Positions 1-11,409 of a DNA stretch of 21,030 nucleotides are shown here, in pieces. Location of the stretch: positions 1-21,030 of the forward strand of contig NW_021824290.1 in assembly GCF_006345805.1 (NCBI RefSeq), given 5' to 3'. Source of the stretch: Octopus sinensis. Its lineage: Eukaryota. Positions within the stretch are counted from its first letter, which is position 1. Each line of letters begins with the position of its first letter. Position numbers and translations under genes: made by a program. Under the pieces are notes generated by a model. The model saw only the letters and a list, made by a program, of their open reading frames with translations, had not been told where the DNA came from and searched no databases.

Positions 1-97
1 ACAGCCTACCGGTGAACGATCGCGGTTCGGGCGTTGGTTATTTGCGGTCGATAATATCGACAACCCTAGCGCTGTTTCTAATTATTATTTGAACATA

Positions 98-189
98 TAT
101 GAGTGTATGTGTGTGTGTCTGTGTATGTGTGTGTCTGCATCTGTGTGTGTTTGTGTCTGTGTGTAACTCTGCTGTGCATGTATGTGTAC

Positions 190-223
<34 letters not shown>

Positions 224-700
224 TTCAAGGTAATGCGTACGTGTATGAATGAATATGCGTGTGTGTATGTGTCTATGTATGTATGTAAATATCTATTGGC
301 ATGTGTATATATATGTGTGTGTGTGTGTGTGTGTATAGATGTATATATGTATATATTAGATAGATAGATAGATAATAGATTGATAGATATATGAGCGTGT
401 CTGTGTATGTGTATATATATATATGCATATACATGTACATATACATATACACGCACGCACATATATATTATACATATATATATATATTATATATATATAT
501 AATGCTTATATATATGTATATATACTTATACATATATGTATATATATTACATAATATATGTAGGTATACATATATATGTATATATACATATACATATATG
601 TATATATATGTATATATACATATACATATATATATATATATTACATATATACAAATATATATATATACATATACATATATATATTTATCCACACAAATAC
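98..700. repeat. Compound microsatellite (TG)n/(TA)n/(TAGA)n/TACA-type
   Basis: Visible di- and tetranucleotide runs; ORFs here are YI/TH/CV dipeptide translations. Confidence 0.95.
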
Positions 701-937
701 AAACACAAGGAAAGAGAAGGTGTCACCAATAAATCCGTCTATGAACTTGTTTGTGTGATTTATAAGTAGTTTGCACTAAACATCGACCGGGTTCGATTGA
801 CATGTGGTATTTCTGAGCCGGTTGCTAATTTATATTATCTATACTTACTCAATAACACTGTACGGAAAACTGGATTAAAAGGTTAATGCAGGCGAGCAAG
901 CAGCGGGCATAGTGATTCAAGTGATTGATGATTACAA

Positions 938-947
938 TGCACACACA

Positions 948-995
<48 letters not shown>

Positions 996-1139
996 ACACA
1001 CACACACAGCATACACACACACACACACATACACACACACACACACACACACATGTATGTATGTATGTATGTATGCATGTATGTATGTATGTATGTATGT
1101 ATGTATGTATGTATGTATGTATGTATGCATGTATATATC

Positions 1140-1172
<33 letters not shown>

Positions 1173-1211
1173 CGAGAGATAGATAGATAGATATATAGAT
1201 ATATATATATG

Positions 1212-1271
<60 letters not shown>

Positions 1272-1448
1272 ATCTATATATATATACAGAACACTCACAT
1301 ACGCACACACAATATGTATAGATACACACACACCACAAACACCTATATATATATATACACACACGCACACATGCATGCATGTAAATATATAAGAGAAGGT
1401 ATCAGTGTGTGTGTGTGTGTGTGTGTGTGCATATGTATGTGTGTATGT

Positions 1449-1481
<33 letters not shown>

Positions 1482-1730
1482 TGCATTAAGTGTATATGTT
1501 TGTGTATGCAAACATATACACATATATGCATACACACATACATACATATGCACACACACACACACTCACACTCATGCACAGAAACATTCTCTTATATATT
1601 TACATACATGTATATGTGTGTTTATATATATATATGTGTGTGTGCGCGCTCTTCTATGTCTATAAATACACAAATATCAATATATACATTCATCTATATA
1701 TATAAAACTGAGAATGTGTCTGTTTATCTG
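938..1730. repeat. Compound microsatellite (CA)n-(TATG)n-(TA)n-(GA)n-(TAGA)n-(TG)n
   Basis: Visible tandem runs. Confidence 0.95.
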
Positions 1731-2132
1731 TCTGTCTGTGTGAATCCCTAAAACTTGAGAACTACCCAAACAATTTTATTCAAATTTTACACATGCCTTA
1801 CTTAGGGTCCAGTGTCATGAGCAAACAAATTTCTAACTCCTTGCCAAGGGCGAGCCCACATCAATATCATGTTCTCTACTATTTCAGTATTACGTGTTAA
1901 AAGTGAAACAAAAACATCTCTCTATTGTAATGTCAGATACTTTCAATTTAATATTGAAACTATTAAAGTCAAACTATTATATAAGAGGGATGAACCATTA
2001 ACAGTGGACATCCATTTTGCTAGAAGAAGGTCTGCTATGGTCTTATATGCTACACCACTGGTTTTCAGTTCGCATTAATCAAATTGATATTCAATTTCTC
2101 ACTCTTATTATTTTAAATTTAAATTTAAACTC

Positions 2133-2280
2133 AGGATATCCAGAGGTAATTCAGTACAATCGTTTCATGCAACTCCATTTAACTGAAGAATGCATGCATT
2201 TTAAACTGATATAAGGACTGCATTGTTCAATTACATGGAGTTGCATGAAACAATTGTACTGCATTACCTCTGGACATCCT
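2133..2280. repeat. 148-bp foldback: 62-bp inverted arms with 24-nt loop
   Basis: 2133-2194 (aggatatccagaggtaattcagtacaatcgtttcatgcaactccatttaactgaagaatgca) is the reverse complement of 2219-2280 with 6 mismatches. Confidence 0.9.
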
Positions 2281-2343
2281 CGTTGCTTATTTTGATATGT
2301 GTGTGTGAGTGTGTGTGTGAGTGTGTGTGTTTGTGTGTGAGAG

Positions 2344-3323
2344 AGGTTGAGTAAAAAATAAGCAATGTTTCCCACTATGATTTTGCAGTTTTTAATCTTT
2401 TAAAACATTTTTTTGCAATTGTCTGATAATACAGACATAGACTTGCCTAAGTGCATCAATAAAAAAGGACATAAACAGCTGAAACTGCTCGCGATATCAG
2501 CGAAACTTTTGGTGAGGAACTGACCAGTGAGTGGTCAGCTCGAAAATAAACGATTTTGCAGTAGAGACCTGACCCTTAAAGATCGTGAGCCTAGTGAACG
2601 CCCATCTGTCATGGATGACGGTCAATTAAAGACCGTTATTAAGAAAGATCCACGTAAAACCACTCGAGAATAGGGAGAACTGGCTAAAAAAAACTTCAAG
2701 TTAGACAGAAAACTGCCTGCAACAATTTGCATGCGATCGGAAAATCAAAATAGCTCGAGAAATGGGTACCACAGGAGTTGAATGAAAATCAGAAAATGCG
2801 CAGATATGAACTTTGCTCGTCACTTCTTCTCTGTAATCCATCTCTTGACTGTATTGTAACTTGCAATGAAAAGTGGATTCTGTACAATAATAACAAAAAC
2901 GTTCTTCGCAGTGGTTGGACCAAAATGAAGCACTGAATACTTTCCCTAAACCCAAGCTCTTCAAACAGAAGATTATTGTGACTGTTTGGTGGTGTATTGC
3001 TAGACTCATCCACTATAATTTCTTAAAGCCCGGAAAAACCATTAGTACAGGAACATATTGCAATCAAATTGTCAAAATGAACGAAAAACTGCTACTCATT
3101 CGTCCCGGACTGGTCAACAGAAGAGAGCCAATAATTCTTCATGACAATGTTCGACCACATGTTTCCCTAATAACGATCCAGAAGTTGATGGAACTTGGCT
3201 ATGAAGTTCTCCCCCACCCAGCTTATTCTCCACACCTTTCTCCTATTGACAACCACTTTTTCAAGCGTCCTGATGGTTCCCTGCGAGAGAAGGAGGTCAA
3301 AAATCGAACCGACGCGGAAAGTT
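2344..3323 (+). mobile_element. Decayed mariner transposon; transposase pseudogene about 2461-3323
   Basis: Across stops and frameshifts: KGHK/TAETARDISETFG, ERPS..DDGQLK, KWVPQELNE (WVPHEL motif), IVTCNEKWILYNN (first D mutated to N), ILHDNVRPH, HPAYSPHLSPIDNHFF (YSPDLAP motif). Possible left TIR remnant aggttgagtaaaaaataagc at about 2344 (weak). Right end replaced by a PLE fragment. Confidence 0.92.
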
Positions 3324-3530
3324 AATCCAAACAAGAAAGCACAAAAAAACCACAACAACGCGACGACGTGGAACAAATATAGTATTATTGGACGCTCAGG
3401 AAAGAAGGAAAGAAGGAGGGTTTGACGCTTCGAGCAGAGCTCTTCGTCGAAAACATAGGAGAAGGAAAGATCCAGAGAAGGGAAGTTAGAGGGAAAAAAA
3501 TCGCCAACGGTACACACGCGGTCACATAAA
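3322..3530 (-). mobile_element. Penelope-like element terminal fragment (family A, copy 1)
   Basis: Aligns throughout with 11410-11612 (atccaaac ... attggacgc ... tcgagc.gagctcttcgtc ... aaaatcgccaacg.tacacacgcg.tcacata) and carries a hammerhead-like motif on the minus strand. Confidence 0.65.
3420..3454 (-). ncRNA. Degenerate minimal hammerhead ribozyme motif
   Basis: Minus strand GTTT TCGACGA A GAGC-TCT-GCTC GAAG CGT C AAAC: stems I and II pair, core mutated (TCGACGA, GAAG). Confidence 0.5.
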
Positions 3531-3540
3531 GTATGTATGT

Positions 3541-3660
3541 GAATAAGTACTAGGTTTAAGAAATAAGCGTTGGGGTCGATTTATTCGATAAAACCTTTCA
3601 AAGTGGTGCTCCAGCATGGCCGCAGTCAAATGACTGAAACATTTAAAACAATAAAAGAAT
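3541..3660 (+). mobile_element. SINE family 1, 3' half only
   Basis: gaataagtactagg...tggggtcgat...gtggtgctccagcatggccgcagtcaaatgactgaaaca matches the tails of the copies at 7040, 8161, 9688 and 13836. Confidence 0.85.
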
Positions 3661-4094
3661 GTCTAGATAAATAGAGAGAAAGAGAGAGAGAGAGAAAGAT
3701 AGAGAGAGTGAGAGATTGAAACAGAGAGAGGTATACAGAGAGATGAATGTCTAGGTCGATAGGCTACTACTGCGAAAAAGTACTCTCGAGTGACATCTGT
3801 TTCAGGCCATTATTTAGAGACATCTGCTAAATTTAAAAGTAATTTATGGCGCTTGGATCTGTCTAGGTATACGTCTTTCGTGTTATGGTGTATCTGAATT
3901 ACGGATGATAAATGCATACTTTTTGCATGCATATTTATGTGCGTGTATATAGTACGCACACATACACACACATATATATCTATATATACATATAAACATA
4001 ATGCGTGTGCATGTACATATTTGCATACAAGTATTTAACTATGTATATTTAACTGTGTGTATATAAACGAATGTACATACATACATATATACAT

Positions 4095-4184
<90 letters not shown>

Positions 4185-4188
<4 letters not shown>

Positions 4189-4985
4189 GAAATTGATAGA
4201 AAAACAAGAGATGAAGGCAGGTGTATAAACAAGAGGCAAGTGTATTAGTTTGACGCTCAGGAAAAAAGAAAAAGTCTTTTACGTTTCGAGTCTACGCTCT
4301 TCAACAGAAAGGAATTAGATGAAATAAACACAGAGAGAGAATGAAAAAATCTTGAAAATTTCAGCAGTCCAACATGGCGAATGATTGGGAAAAAAAGAGG
4401 TTGAAAGAAAGGGAAATAAAAAAAAGCGATTGAATGGAAGGGAGATAATAAAAAAGAGGTTGAATGAAAGGGAGATAATAAAGTGCTAGAGATCCCAACA
4501 AGAGAAGGTACGCGTGCGTTTATGTATATGTGAGAATGGTGTGCGTGTGAAATGTGTGTGTGTGTCTGTCTGTGACCAAACAGTGTGCATGTCTGTGGTG
4601 TATGTATGTGGGCGAAAGTTATCTTTGTCTATGTATGTTGCGTGTGTTAATGCGTATTGTGTGTATATGCATATATAGTCTGTGTTTAGGCATTACGTGC
4701 TTGCATGTCTTGTCTCTTTTCCGCTATTATGGGCTTGTGTAGGTGTGGGAGTGTGCATGCCGGTGTGTGGTGAGGGTGCTGGGAAGTGGTCAGTGCAAGT
4801 GTGTGTGAAGTGGTGCGGGTTTGGTATCAAGCGAAGAGAGGAGATGAGGTTGGTGCCAGAGGAAGAGAGAATATGAGATGAGCCCATGTGGCGCAAAAGA
4901 GCGAAGAGAGAAGATTAATTCCTGTCCACTGTGAAGGCGGGAGTCCGGATGGCCCCTGTGCAAAGCCAGTCCGCGCACAGACAGA
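4185..4985 (-). mobile_element. 5'-truncated Penelope-like element: GIY-YIG C-terminus, 3' region and terminal hammerhead
   Basis: Minus 4978-4862 reads VRGLALHRGHPDSRLHSGQELIFSLRSFAPHGLISYSLF, resembling the PLE endonuclease C-terminus (EQ.LIF.L.T..P.GLN). It is followed by a CA-rich tract and a hammerhead-like motif at 4276-4311 on the same strand; terminal part related to family A (tgacgctcaggaaa, acgtttcgag). Confidence 0.75.
4276..4311 (-). ncRNA. Minimal hammerhead motif with one core substitution
   Basis: Minus strand CTTT CTGTTGA A GAG-CGTAGA-CTC GAAA CGT A AAAG: stem I CTTT/AAAG, palindromic ACGT stem III, GUA triplet; CUGUUGA instead of CUGANGA. Confidence 0.55.
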
Positions 4986-5154
4986 TGTTATATGCGTGAG
5001 TGTGTGCGTATGTATGTATACGCACACACACATATATATGTATATACACACATATATGTAAAATGTATGCCCTAAACAAGCACACGCGCATAGTATTCAC
5101 CAATTACACACATGCACATGTATATGGACATATTTTTATGTATACATGCATATA

Positions 5155-5186
<32 letters not shown>

Positions 5187-5634
5187 CATATGTATATGTT
5201 TGTGTGTGTGTGTATGCATATAGAGACACATCTCCTATATGCTTATGTGGAGGTATGTGTGTACGTGTGTACGTGTGTGCGTGCGTATATGCGCGTATGT
5301 GGTGTGTGCGCGCGAATGTGTGAGTTACACAGTGCAAATCTCTTCTAGAAAGAGTAATCAATCAGAAATGGTTGCTGACCAACCTGGACTCTATGACTAA
5401 TCTAGCTACTACCCCTGCTTCCTTCCCACCCAATCTGATATTATTCAATGCCGCTGCGGCGAGAAAACTTCACCCATAACACACCTCAACCCAACGCACA
5501 TATTTTGCCATTAAATAAAAAGGAAAAACAAAAACAAAACAATTCTATGTCTGGTAACGCTCCAGGAATTTCAGAGAAAACAAAGCATTATCTATCTTAG
5601 ATAGATAAATATCTACGTATTGCTTACTCGCACA

Positions 5635-5637
<3 letters not shown>

Positions 5638-5690
<53 letters not shown>

Positions 5691-5774
5691 TTTTCTCTGT
5701 CTGTCTCTCTGTGTCTCCCTTTCTTTCTTCTCTTTCTTTCAGTACATACACACTATATAACACACACACACAAC

Positions 5775-5817
<43 letters not shown>

Positions 5818-5863
5818 TATAATATATATATATATTATATTATAATATATATATATATAATGG

Positions 5864-5943
<80 letters not shown>

Positions 5944-6110
5944 ATAGATAGGTAGATAGATTAGTTTGTAGGTAGGTAGGTAGGTTGGTAGGTAGGTAGG
6001 TAGGTAGGTAGGTAGGTAGGTAGGTAGGTAGGTAGGTAGGTAGGTAGGTAGGTAGTTAGGTAGGTAGGTAGGTTTGTTGGTAGATCGGTAGGTAGATCGG
6101 TAGGTAGACA
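5638..6110. repeat. Compound microsatellite (CT)n, (CA)n, (TA)n, (TAGA)n, (TAGG)n
   Basis: Visible tandem runs; the 188-aa ORF 5545-6111 is their translation. Confidence 0.95.
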
Positions 6111-6196
6111 TTCATACATAAACATTTATAACCATATATATATGTGTGTATTCCCGATTATTCGCGCGAGCACATCACGATAATTTCCTATCCCAG

Positions 6197-6483
6197 TCGA
6201 TTGTCCCAGTTTTCCTATAGGCCAAGAAATCGCTGGCAGTAAATCACCGTCCGATCTCACTCATATCATCAAATTATTTGAGAGAGTGGTGTGATCTCGT
6301 GTAACTCTCTTCCAGTAAAGTAACAGCCTCCTTATTCCCAACCAGCATCGCTTCCGCAGTGGCAGGGGCTGCCTAAAAGAACTCCAGCATCATTTTGAGG
6401 ACATCCCAAATGCTCTGATAGAGGCCTCCACTGTAGATGCCTTCTATCTCGACTTCAGTAGGGCTTTCGACAAAGTTTTCCAC
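6197..6483 (+). pseudogene. CR1-group LINE reverse transcriptase fragment
   Basis: SIVPVFL*AKKSLAVNHRPISL / HIIKLFERVV*...PNQHRFRSGRGCL...VDAFYLDFSRAFDKVFH matches the conserved N-terminal RT motifs (NYRPISL, QHGFR.GRSC, YLDF.KAFD.V.H); stops and one frameshift. Confidence 0.9.
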
Positions 6484-6619
6484 AATAGTAGTAGTGATGG
6501 TAGTGGCGGTAGTGGTGGTGGTAGTAGTAGTAGTTGTAGTAGTCGTAGAAGTGGGGTGTTAATAATAGCAGCAGCAGTGGGGAGCATGGACTGTTAACAA
6601 CCCATCGCTTCATCCACCA

Positions 6620-6948
6620 TTCATTGCTGATTCCCTACTACACTTGAGGGGAGGGGGCATTTTGCCTCTGCATCATTCAGGCGACAGCCCTCCAACTCAT
6701 GAGTCTGTTTGGGTAGACATCGCTGGTGAGAACTTTAAGAAGTCGGAGTGCAAATCCTACTTCAGCCCCTTTTAGTCGCCTTGTACGTCAAGGAGAGGAA
6801 ATATTGGGTCTATACTTTCACATTCTGGTCCCCCGTCCGCACCAGAGAAACGCGCCGTGTTTTGCTCAAGAGTACAACACACCGCCCAGTCCCGGGAACG
6901 GGATCTGGCAATCATGAGTGCAATACGCTAACCACTAGGCCACGCGCC
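6620..6948 (-). mobile_element. tRNA-headed SINE, family 2
   Basis: Minus strand starts GGCGCGTGGCCTAGTGGTTAGCG (A box TGGCNNAGTGG) with a decayed B box, then CTTGAGCAAAACAC and cttgacgtacaaggcgactaaaagggg, resembling an RTE 5' UTR motif. The 3' boundary is approximate. Confidence 0.7.
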
Positions 6949-7039
6949 GATAAAAAAAAAACTGTTAGAGAAACTAACACACACACACATACACACACAT
7001 ACATCATCATCATCATCATCATCATCTATTTCTTAACCT

Positions 7040-7276
7040 CTTACTTGTTTCAGTCATTGGACTGCGGCCATGCTAAGGCTTCACTATGAAAATTTTTAGT
7101 CGAATGAATCAACCCTACTACTTTTTAAGCCTAGTTCTTATTCTATCGGTCTTTTGGGCGCGAACCGTTTGAGAGTGAGCGCACATACAAACCAATATCG
7201 GTTGTCCAGCGGTGATCGGGGACAAACGCAAACACAAAGATACAGACACACACACACACACACAAACACACAGACG

Positions 7277-7315
<39 letters not shown>

Positions 7316-7466
7316 GTCTCAATATCCCGTTCACAATATACCAGATCCACTCACAAGGCTTTGATCGATTCGGTGCTATAAAGCGGCACTTGCCCAAGGT
7401 GCCACCCAGAGGGACTGAATCGAGAACGGCATGGTTTGGAAGCAAGTTTCTTACCTCATAGCCATG
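7040..7466 (-). mobile_element. SINE family 1, near full length, diverged
   Basis: Tail tgtttcagtcattggactgcggccatg, internal CA/TA tract, cacttgcccaaggtgcc, head ending ttacctcatagccatg. Confidence 0.85.
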
Positions 7467-7584
7467 TATGTATGTATGTATGCATGCATGTATGTATGCA
7501 TGCATGTATTTGTGCATGTATGTATGTATGCATGTATATATGTTTGCATGCATGTGTCTGAGAATATATATATATATATATATA

Positions 7585-8085
7585 CGAGGGATGTTCAATA
7601 AGTAATGCCCCTGACCCACTTGCAGTTGTTTGATCTAGCTGAAATTTTGCATGTGCAATTATTTATATCTCCATAGATTAAGTGGCAAATTACAGCTCTG
7701 AACTAATTGTGGTTTCTTATTTACAGGTGTTTGAACTGAGTCAAGTGTGAAATGGAGCCTGTTGAGTGTCGAGCAGTGATCCGGTTTTTGTATTTGAAAG
7801 GACGCACACCACGGGAGACTTTTGATGAACTCCACCCCCCTACTCTCCTGACCTTGCACTCTCTGATTTTCACCTCTTCCCAGCCATGAGATCGTTTTTG
7901 AAAGGATAGCGTTTCCCAGATGATGCAGCCTTGTTTTCTGAAGTCATGTCGTGCTTGGAGGACCAAGCTGGGGGTCTTCTACAAAAACGGTCTCCAGAGC
8001 TGCATCAAACGATGGGAGAAATGCGTAACTCGGGGTGATTCCTATGTAAAGTGGGTCAGAGGCATTACGTATTGAACGTCCCTCG
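7585..8085 (+). mobile_element. 501-bp internally deleted mariner (non-autonomous) with both TIRs and TA TSD
   Basis: TA-CGAGGGATGTTCAATAAGTAATGCCCCTGACCCACT ... reverse complement at 8050-8085 (33/36 match) -TA. ATG at 7752 gives MEPVECRAVIRFLYLKGRTPRETFDE joined to LH(PP)YSPDLALSDFHLFP...KRWEKCV...SYV. Confidence 0.95.
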
Positions 8086-8160
8086 TAGTAAATCACAAAA
8101 AAGAAGTGCAGCAAACACAAAAAACAACAACGAGAGAACGATAAATATATATATATTTAT

Positions 8161-8255
8161 ATTCTTTTATTCTTTTACTTGTTTCAGTCATTTGACTGCG
8201 GCCATGTTGGAGCACCGCCTTGAAGGGTTTTAGTCGAACAAAACGACCCTAGGCC
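8161..8255 (-). mobile_element. SINE family 1, 3' tail fragment
   Basis: ttttacttgtttcagtcatttgactgcggccatgttggagcaccgccttgaag. Confidence 0.85.
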
Positions 8256-8842
8256 TTTTTAAAAAAAAACAAGGGGAAGAAATACAGACGCAAAGACAAA
8301 CACACATAAAATTATACATGCATGCATGTATATATATATATATATTATATATATATATTAGAGATGAACCACCACTCCACAACTCAGTCAAAGAACCCGT
8401 CCAAAGCCGTTCTGTGAGACATATAACATACAGAATTCTAATCTAAAATTTTAATAATATGTAATATTGAACAGTAAGATTATTACAATCATATAATATA
8501 TAAGGGCAAATACTTTTAAAATCACAGTGAATACCATACAAAGAAACATTCGTCATAAAAATATTAATTTAAAGTCAAATAAATTATAAATTGAACAATA
8601 AAATTAATACAATAAAATAATGTATAAAAGTACTTGTATAAGAGAACCATATCCAAGTTCATTAGAACGGGAAAATGATTTTACTCCCAAAAGCAGTCAC
8701 TCCTCAGGTCAAATTCCTAAACTTTTTTAGGTTCGTCTCTAAGTTACTTATTTACATATATTATATATTATATATTACGAAATTCGGTCTAATATTATTA
8801 TACTGAATTTTACCTGTAAGGTTGGAATAATATTTATTCCCT

Positions 8843-8844
8843 AA

Positions 8845-8901
<57 letters not shown>

Positions 8902-8922
8902 CATCATCATTATTATTATTAT
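8843..8922. repeat. (ATT)n/(ATC)n microsatellite
   Basis: Visible trinucleotide run. Confidence 0.95.
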
Positions 8923-8924
8923 AT

Positions 8925-9088
8925 ATGAGGGCTTCTTTCAGTTTCCGTCTACCAAATCTTCTTACAAGGCTTTGGTCGGCCCGAGTCTATAGTAGAAGAA
9001 ACTTGCCCGATGTGCCACGCAGTGGGACTGAAACTGGAACTATGTGGTTTGGAAGCAAGCTTCTTAACACACAGCCACACCTGCGCCT
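8925..9088 (-). mobile_element. SINE family 1, 5' half (tRNA-like head and body)
   Basis: gggcttctttcagtttccgtctacc...gtgccacgcagtgggactgaa...cacacagccacacctgcgcct. Confidence 0.88.
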
Positions 9089-9590
9089 TTTTATATATGT
9101 GTTTGTGTATATATGTGTGTGTGTGGTTTGTGTGTATGTACGTATGTCTGTCTGTCTGTCTGTATGTATGCAGGCACATGTTTACACAACAATACACGCA
9201 CGGACACAATACAACGACGAACCTACATACAAGACGTACGCACCAACGCAGTAAAGATACAGCAATTTAATAAACATTTATATTTCTATATGTACAAGTC
9301 CTTCCTTCATAGCAACGCGGTCTTCTCAACTATTCTCTTGGTTCCGTAAAATACGATAAGTGAACTTTACACCTGGGTACCCAATGACACTTCCTATCAA
9401 AAGACTTTGGGTCGATTTCGTACTCATTCTCACCCACCTTCTCTCCCTCCCTCTGACTCACTATCTCTTTCACTTTCTCTGACTGTTTTCATGTCTGCCA
9501 GAGCGTGTGTGTCTGTGTGATTAAATATATATGAGCATATATACGTGTGTATGTGAGAATATGTATGTATATGTATATATATATATGTGC

Positions 9591-9623
<33 letters not shown>

Positions 9624-9645
9624 AATGTATGTATGAATGTATGTA

Positions 9646-9687
<42 letters not shown>

Positions 9688-9692
<5 letters not shown>

Positions 9693-10050
9693 GCAAACAT
9701 GATTCTGTGGTAAGGAGTTTGCTTTCTAACCACATTGTTCGGGTTCAGTCCCACTGCGTGGCACCTTGCCCAAATTGTCTTCTATTATAACCTAGAGCTG
9801 ATTAAAGCCTTGTGAATGAATTTGGTTAACGAAAACTGAAAGAAGCCCATTGTATATGTATGTATATCTGTGTGTGACTGTGTATAGCTTGACAACCGGT
9901 GTTGATGTGTTTACGTCCCTGGACCAAGCTCTCCGACCAAAGGATGAGTACCAGTACTTATTATATTCAAAAGGTAATAGGAACTGGGGTGAATTCGTCC
10001 CAGCATGGCCGCAGTCTAAAAACTGAAACAAGTTAAAAGATAAAAATAAA
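9688..10050 (+). mobile_element. SINE family 1, full length, diverged
   Basis: Head with B box gggttcagtccc, body gaaaactgaaagaagccc and cttgacaaccg, tail ccagcatggccgcagtc...actgaaacaagttaaaaga. Confidence 0.85.
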
Positions 10051-10070
10051 ACATGTATATGCATCTATAT

Positions 10071-10200
10071 GTACTATTTCAAAGCCTGGTAATTATTCCA
10101 CAGGCCTCTAATTTACGGAAATGTAAACACACCAACACCGGTTGTCAAGTGGGAGTGAGAAACAAGCACAGACACAAAGATAGATACACAGATGTACTTA
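10071..10200 (-). mobile_element. SINE family 1, internal fragment
   Basis: gtaaacacaccaacaccggttgtcaag...cacagacacaaagata. Confidence 0.7.
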
Positions 10201-10228
10201 AGTACACACACACACACTCACACACAAA

Positions 10229-10304
<76 letters not shown>

Positions 10305-10475
10305 GGCGTAGGAGTGGCTGTGTGTTAAGTTGCTTGCCTACGAGCCACATGGTTCCGGGTTCAGACCCACTGCGTGGCATCTTGGGCAAGTGTCTTCTGC
10401 TATAGCCCCGGGCCGACCAATGCCTTGTGAGTAGATTTGGTAGACGGAAACTGAAAGAAGCCTGTCGTATATATG

Positions 10476-10508
<33 letters not shown>

Positions 10509-10530
10509 TTGTGTTTGTCCCCCTAGCATA
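10305..10530 (+). mobile_element. SINE family 1, 5' part
   Basis: GGCGTAGGAGTGGCTGTGTG...GGGTTCAGACCCACTGCGTGGCATCTTGGGCAAGTGTCTTCT...GGAAACTGAAAGAAGCC. Confidence 0.9.
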
Positions 10531-10697
10531 TACACACACAACTGGCTTCCTTCAGTTTCCGTCTTCAAATACAACTATTTTGATCGGCCTGAAGCTTGCT
10601 CAGTTTACCATATAGTGAGACTGAATTCGGAACCATATTGGCAGAAAACAAATGTCTTACTACACAACAACGCCTGCACCTACGTGTACAAAACGTT

Positions 10698-10940
10698 TCT
10701 GTGTGTATGTATATGTGTGCGTGTGGGTGTGTGTATGTGTGTGTGTGTGTGCATGTGTATGTATGTCTGTGTCTGTGTATGTGTGTCTATGTGTGTATGT
10801 GTGTGTATGTGTGTGTGTATGAGTGTGTGTATGTGTGTGTGTATGTGTGTATGTGTGTATGTGTATGTGTGTGTATGTGTGTGTGTATGTGTATGTGTGT
10901 ATGTGTGTGTGTATGTGTGTATATTTGTATGTCTGTGTGT

Positions 10941-10980
<40 letters not shown>
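10698..10980. repeat. (TG)n/(TGTA) microsatellite
   Basis: Visible run of about 280 bp. Confidence 0.95.
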
Positions 10981-10983
<3 letters not shown>

Positions 10984-11261
10984 AAATCGGCAGAAATAAT
11001 TCAATTATTAGAGCGTTTGAATGTATTCATGGTTCAATCTTGTCAACTGATCGATTGATTGACTGAAAATATATGGAAAGGCCACCCAACCTGTGACATC
11101 TTCAGAACCGGCTAGACGAATTAGAATAAGAACAGTAATAAACGAGTGTTTATTTGGCGTAAAAAAATTGACCATCCCGAAATACAACAATAATATATAT
11201 ATATATAAAACTAAATCAGCATAGAATAATGGGTTCAAACCTTTTTAATAATTAGGATCAA

Positions 11262-11326
11262 ACTGTTAAAATATGAATGCGAAAGGAATAGTTGGATAAC
11301 TGTAAACTTACTTTTGGGCCGCCCTG
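11262..11326 (-). mobile_element. Solo Tc1/mariner-type terminus
   Basis: Minus strand TA-CAGGGCGGCCCAAAAGTAAGTTTACAGTT is a typical TA-CAGGG Tc1/mariner end abutting (TA)n; no partner TIR found. Confidence 0.55.
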
Positions 11327-11330
11327 TATA

Positions 11331-11382
<52 letters not shown>

Positions 11383-11409
11383 CTATATATTATAATTAAT
11401 ATATATATA

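Noticed and set aside
85-1751. Many 60-190-aa ORFs (YIYI, THTH, CVCV) here and across the window
   Set aside because: They are translations of stop-free microsatellites with no coding signal.
1869-2214. ORFs 1869-2078 and 2017-2214 as host exons
   Set aside because: No recognisable domain, AT-rich, and no convincing splice signals.
5340-5530. QCRCGEKTSPITHL...HIFC followed by an A-rich run, as a LINE C-terminal zinc finger
   Set aside because: Spacing does not fit a CCHC cleanly and there is no adjoining RT homology; could be chance.
5985-6075. (TAGG)n as a functional G-quadruplex or telomeric repeat
   Set aside because: Only GG runs, not TTAGGG; an ordinary microsatellite contiguous with (TAGA)n.
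8383-8418. Possible sixth hammerhead (ctcag...ctgtgag flanks)
   Set aside because: Core reads TCAAAGA/CAAAG, too far from CUGANGA/GAAA to support.
10305-10380. tRNA gene (also 6880-6948 and 12215-12275)
   Set aside because: A/B-box-like motifs are present but there is no complete cloverleaf, and each continues into a SINE body.
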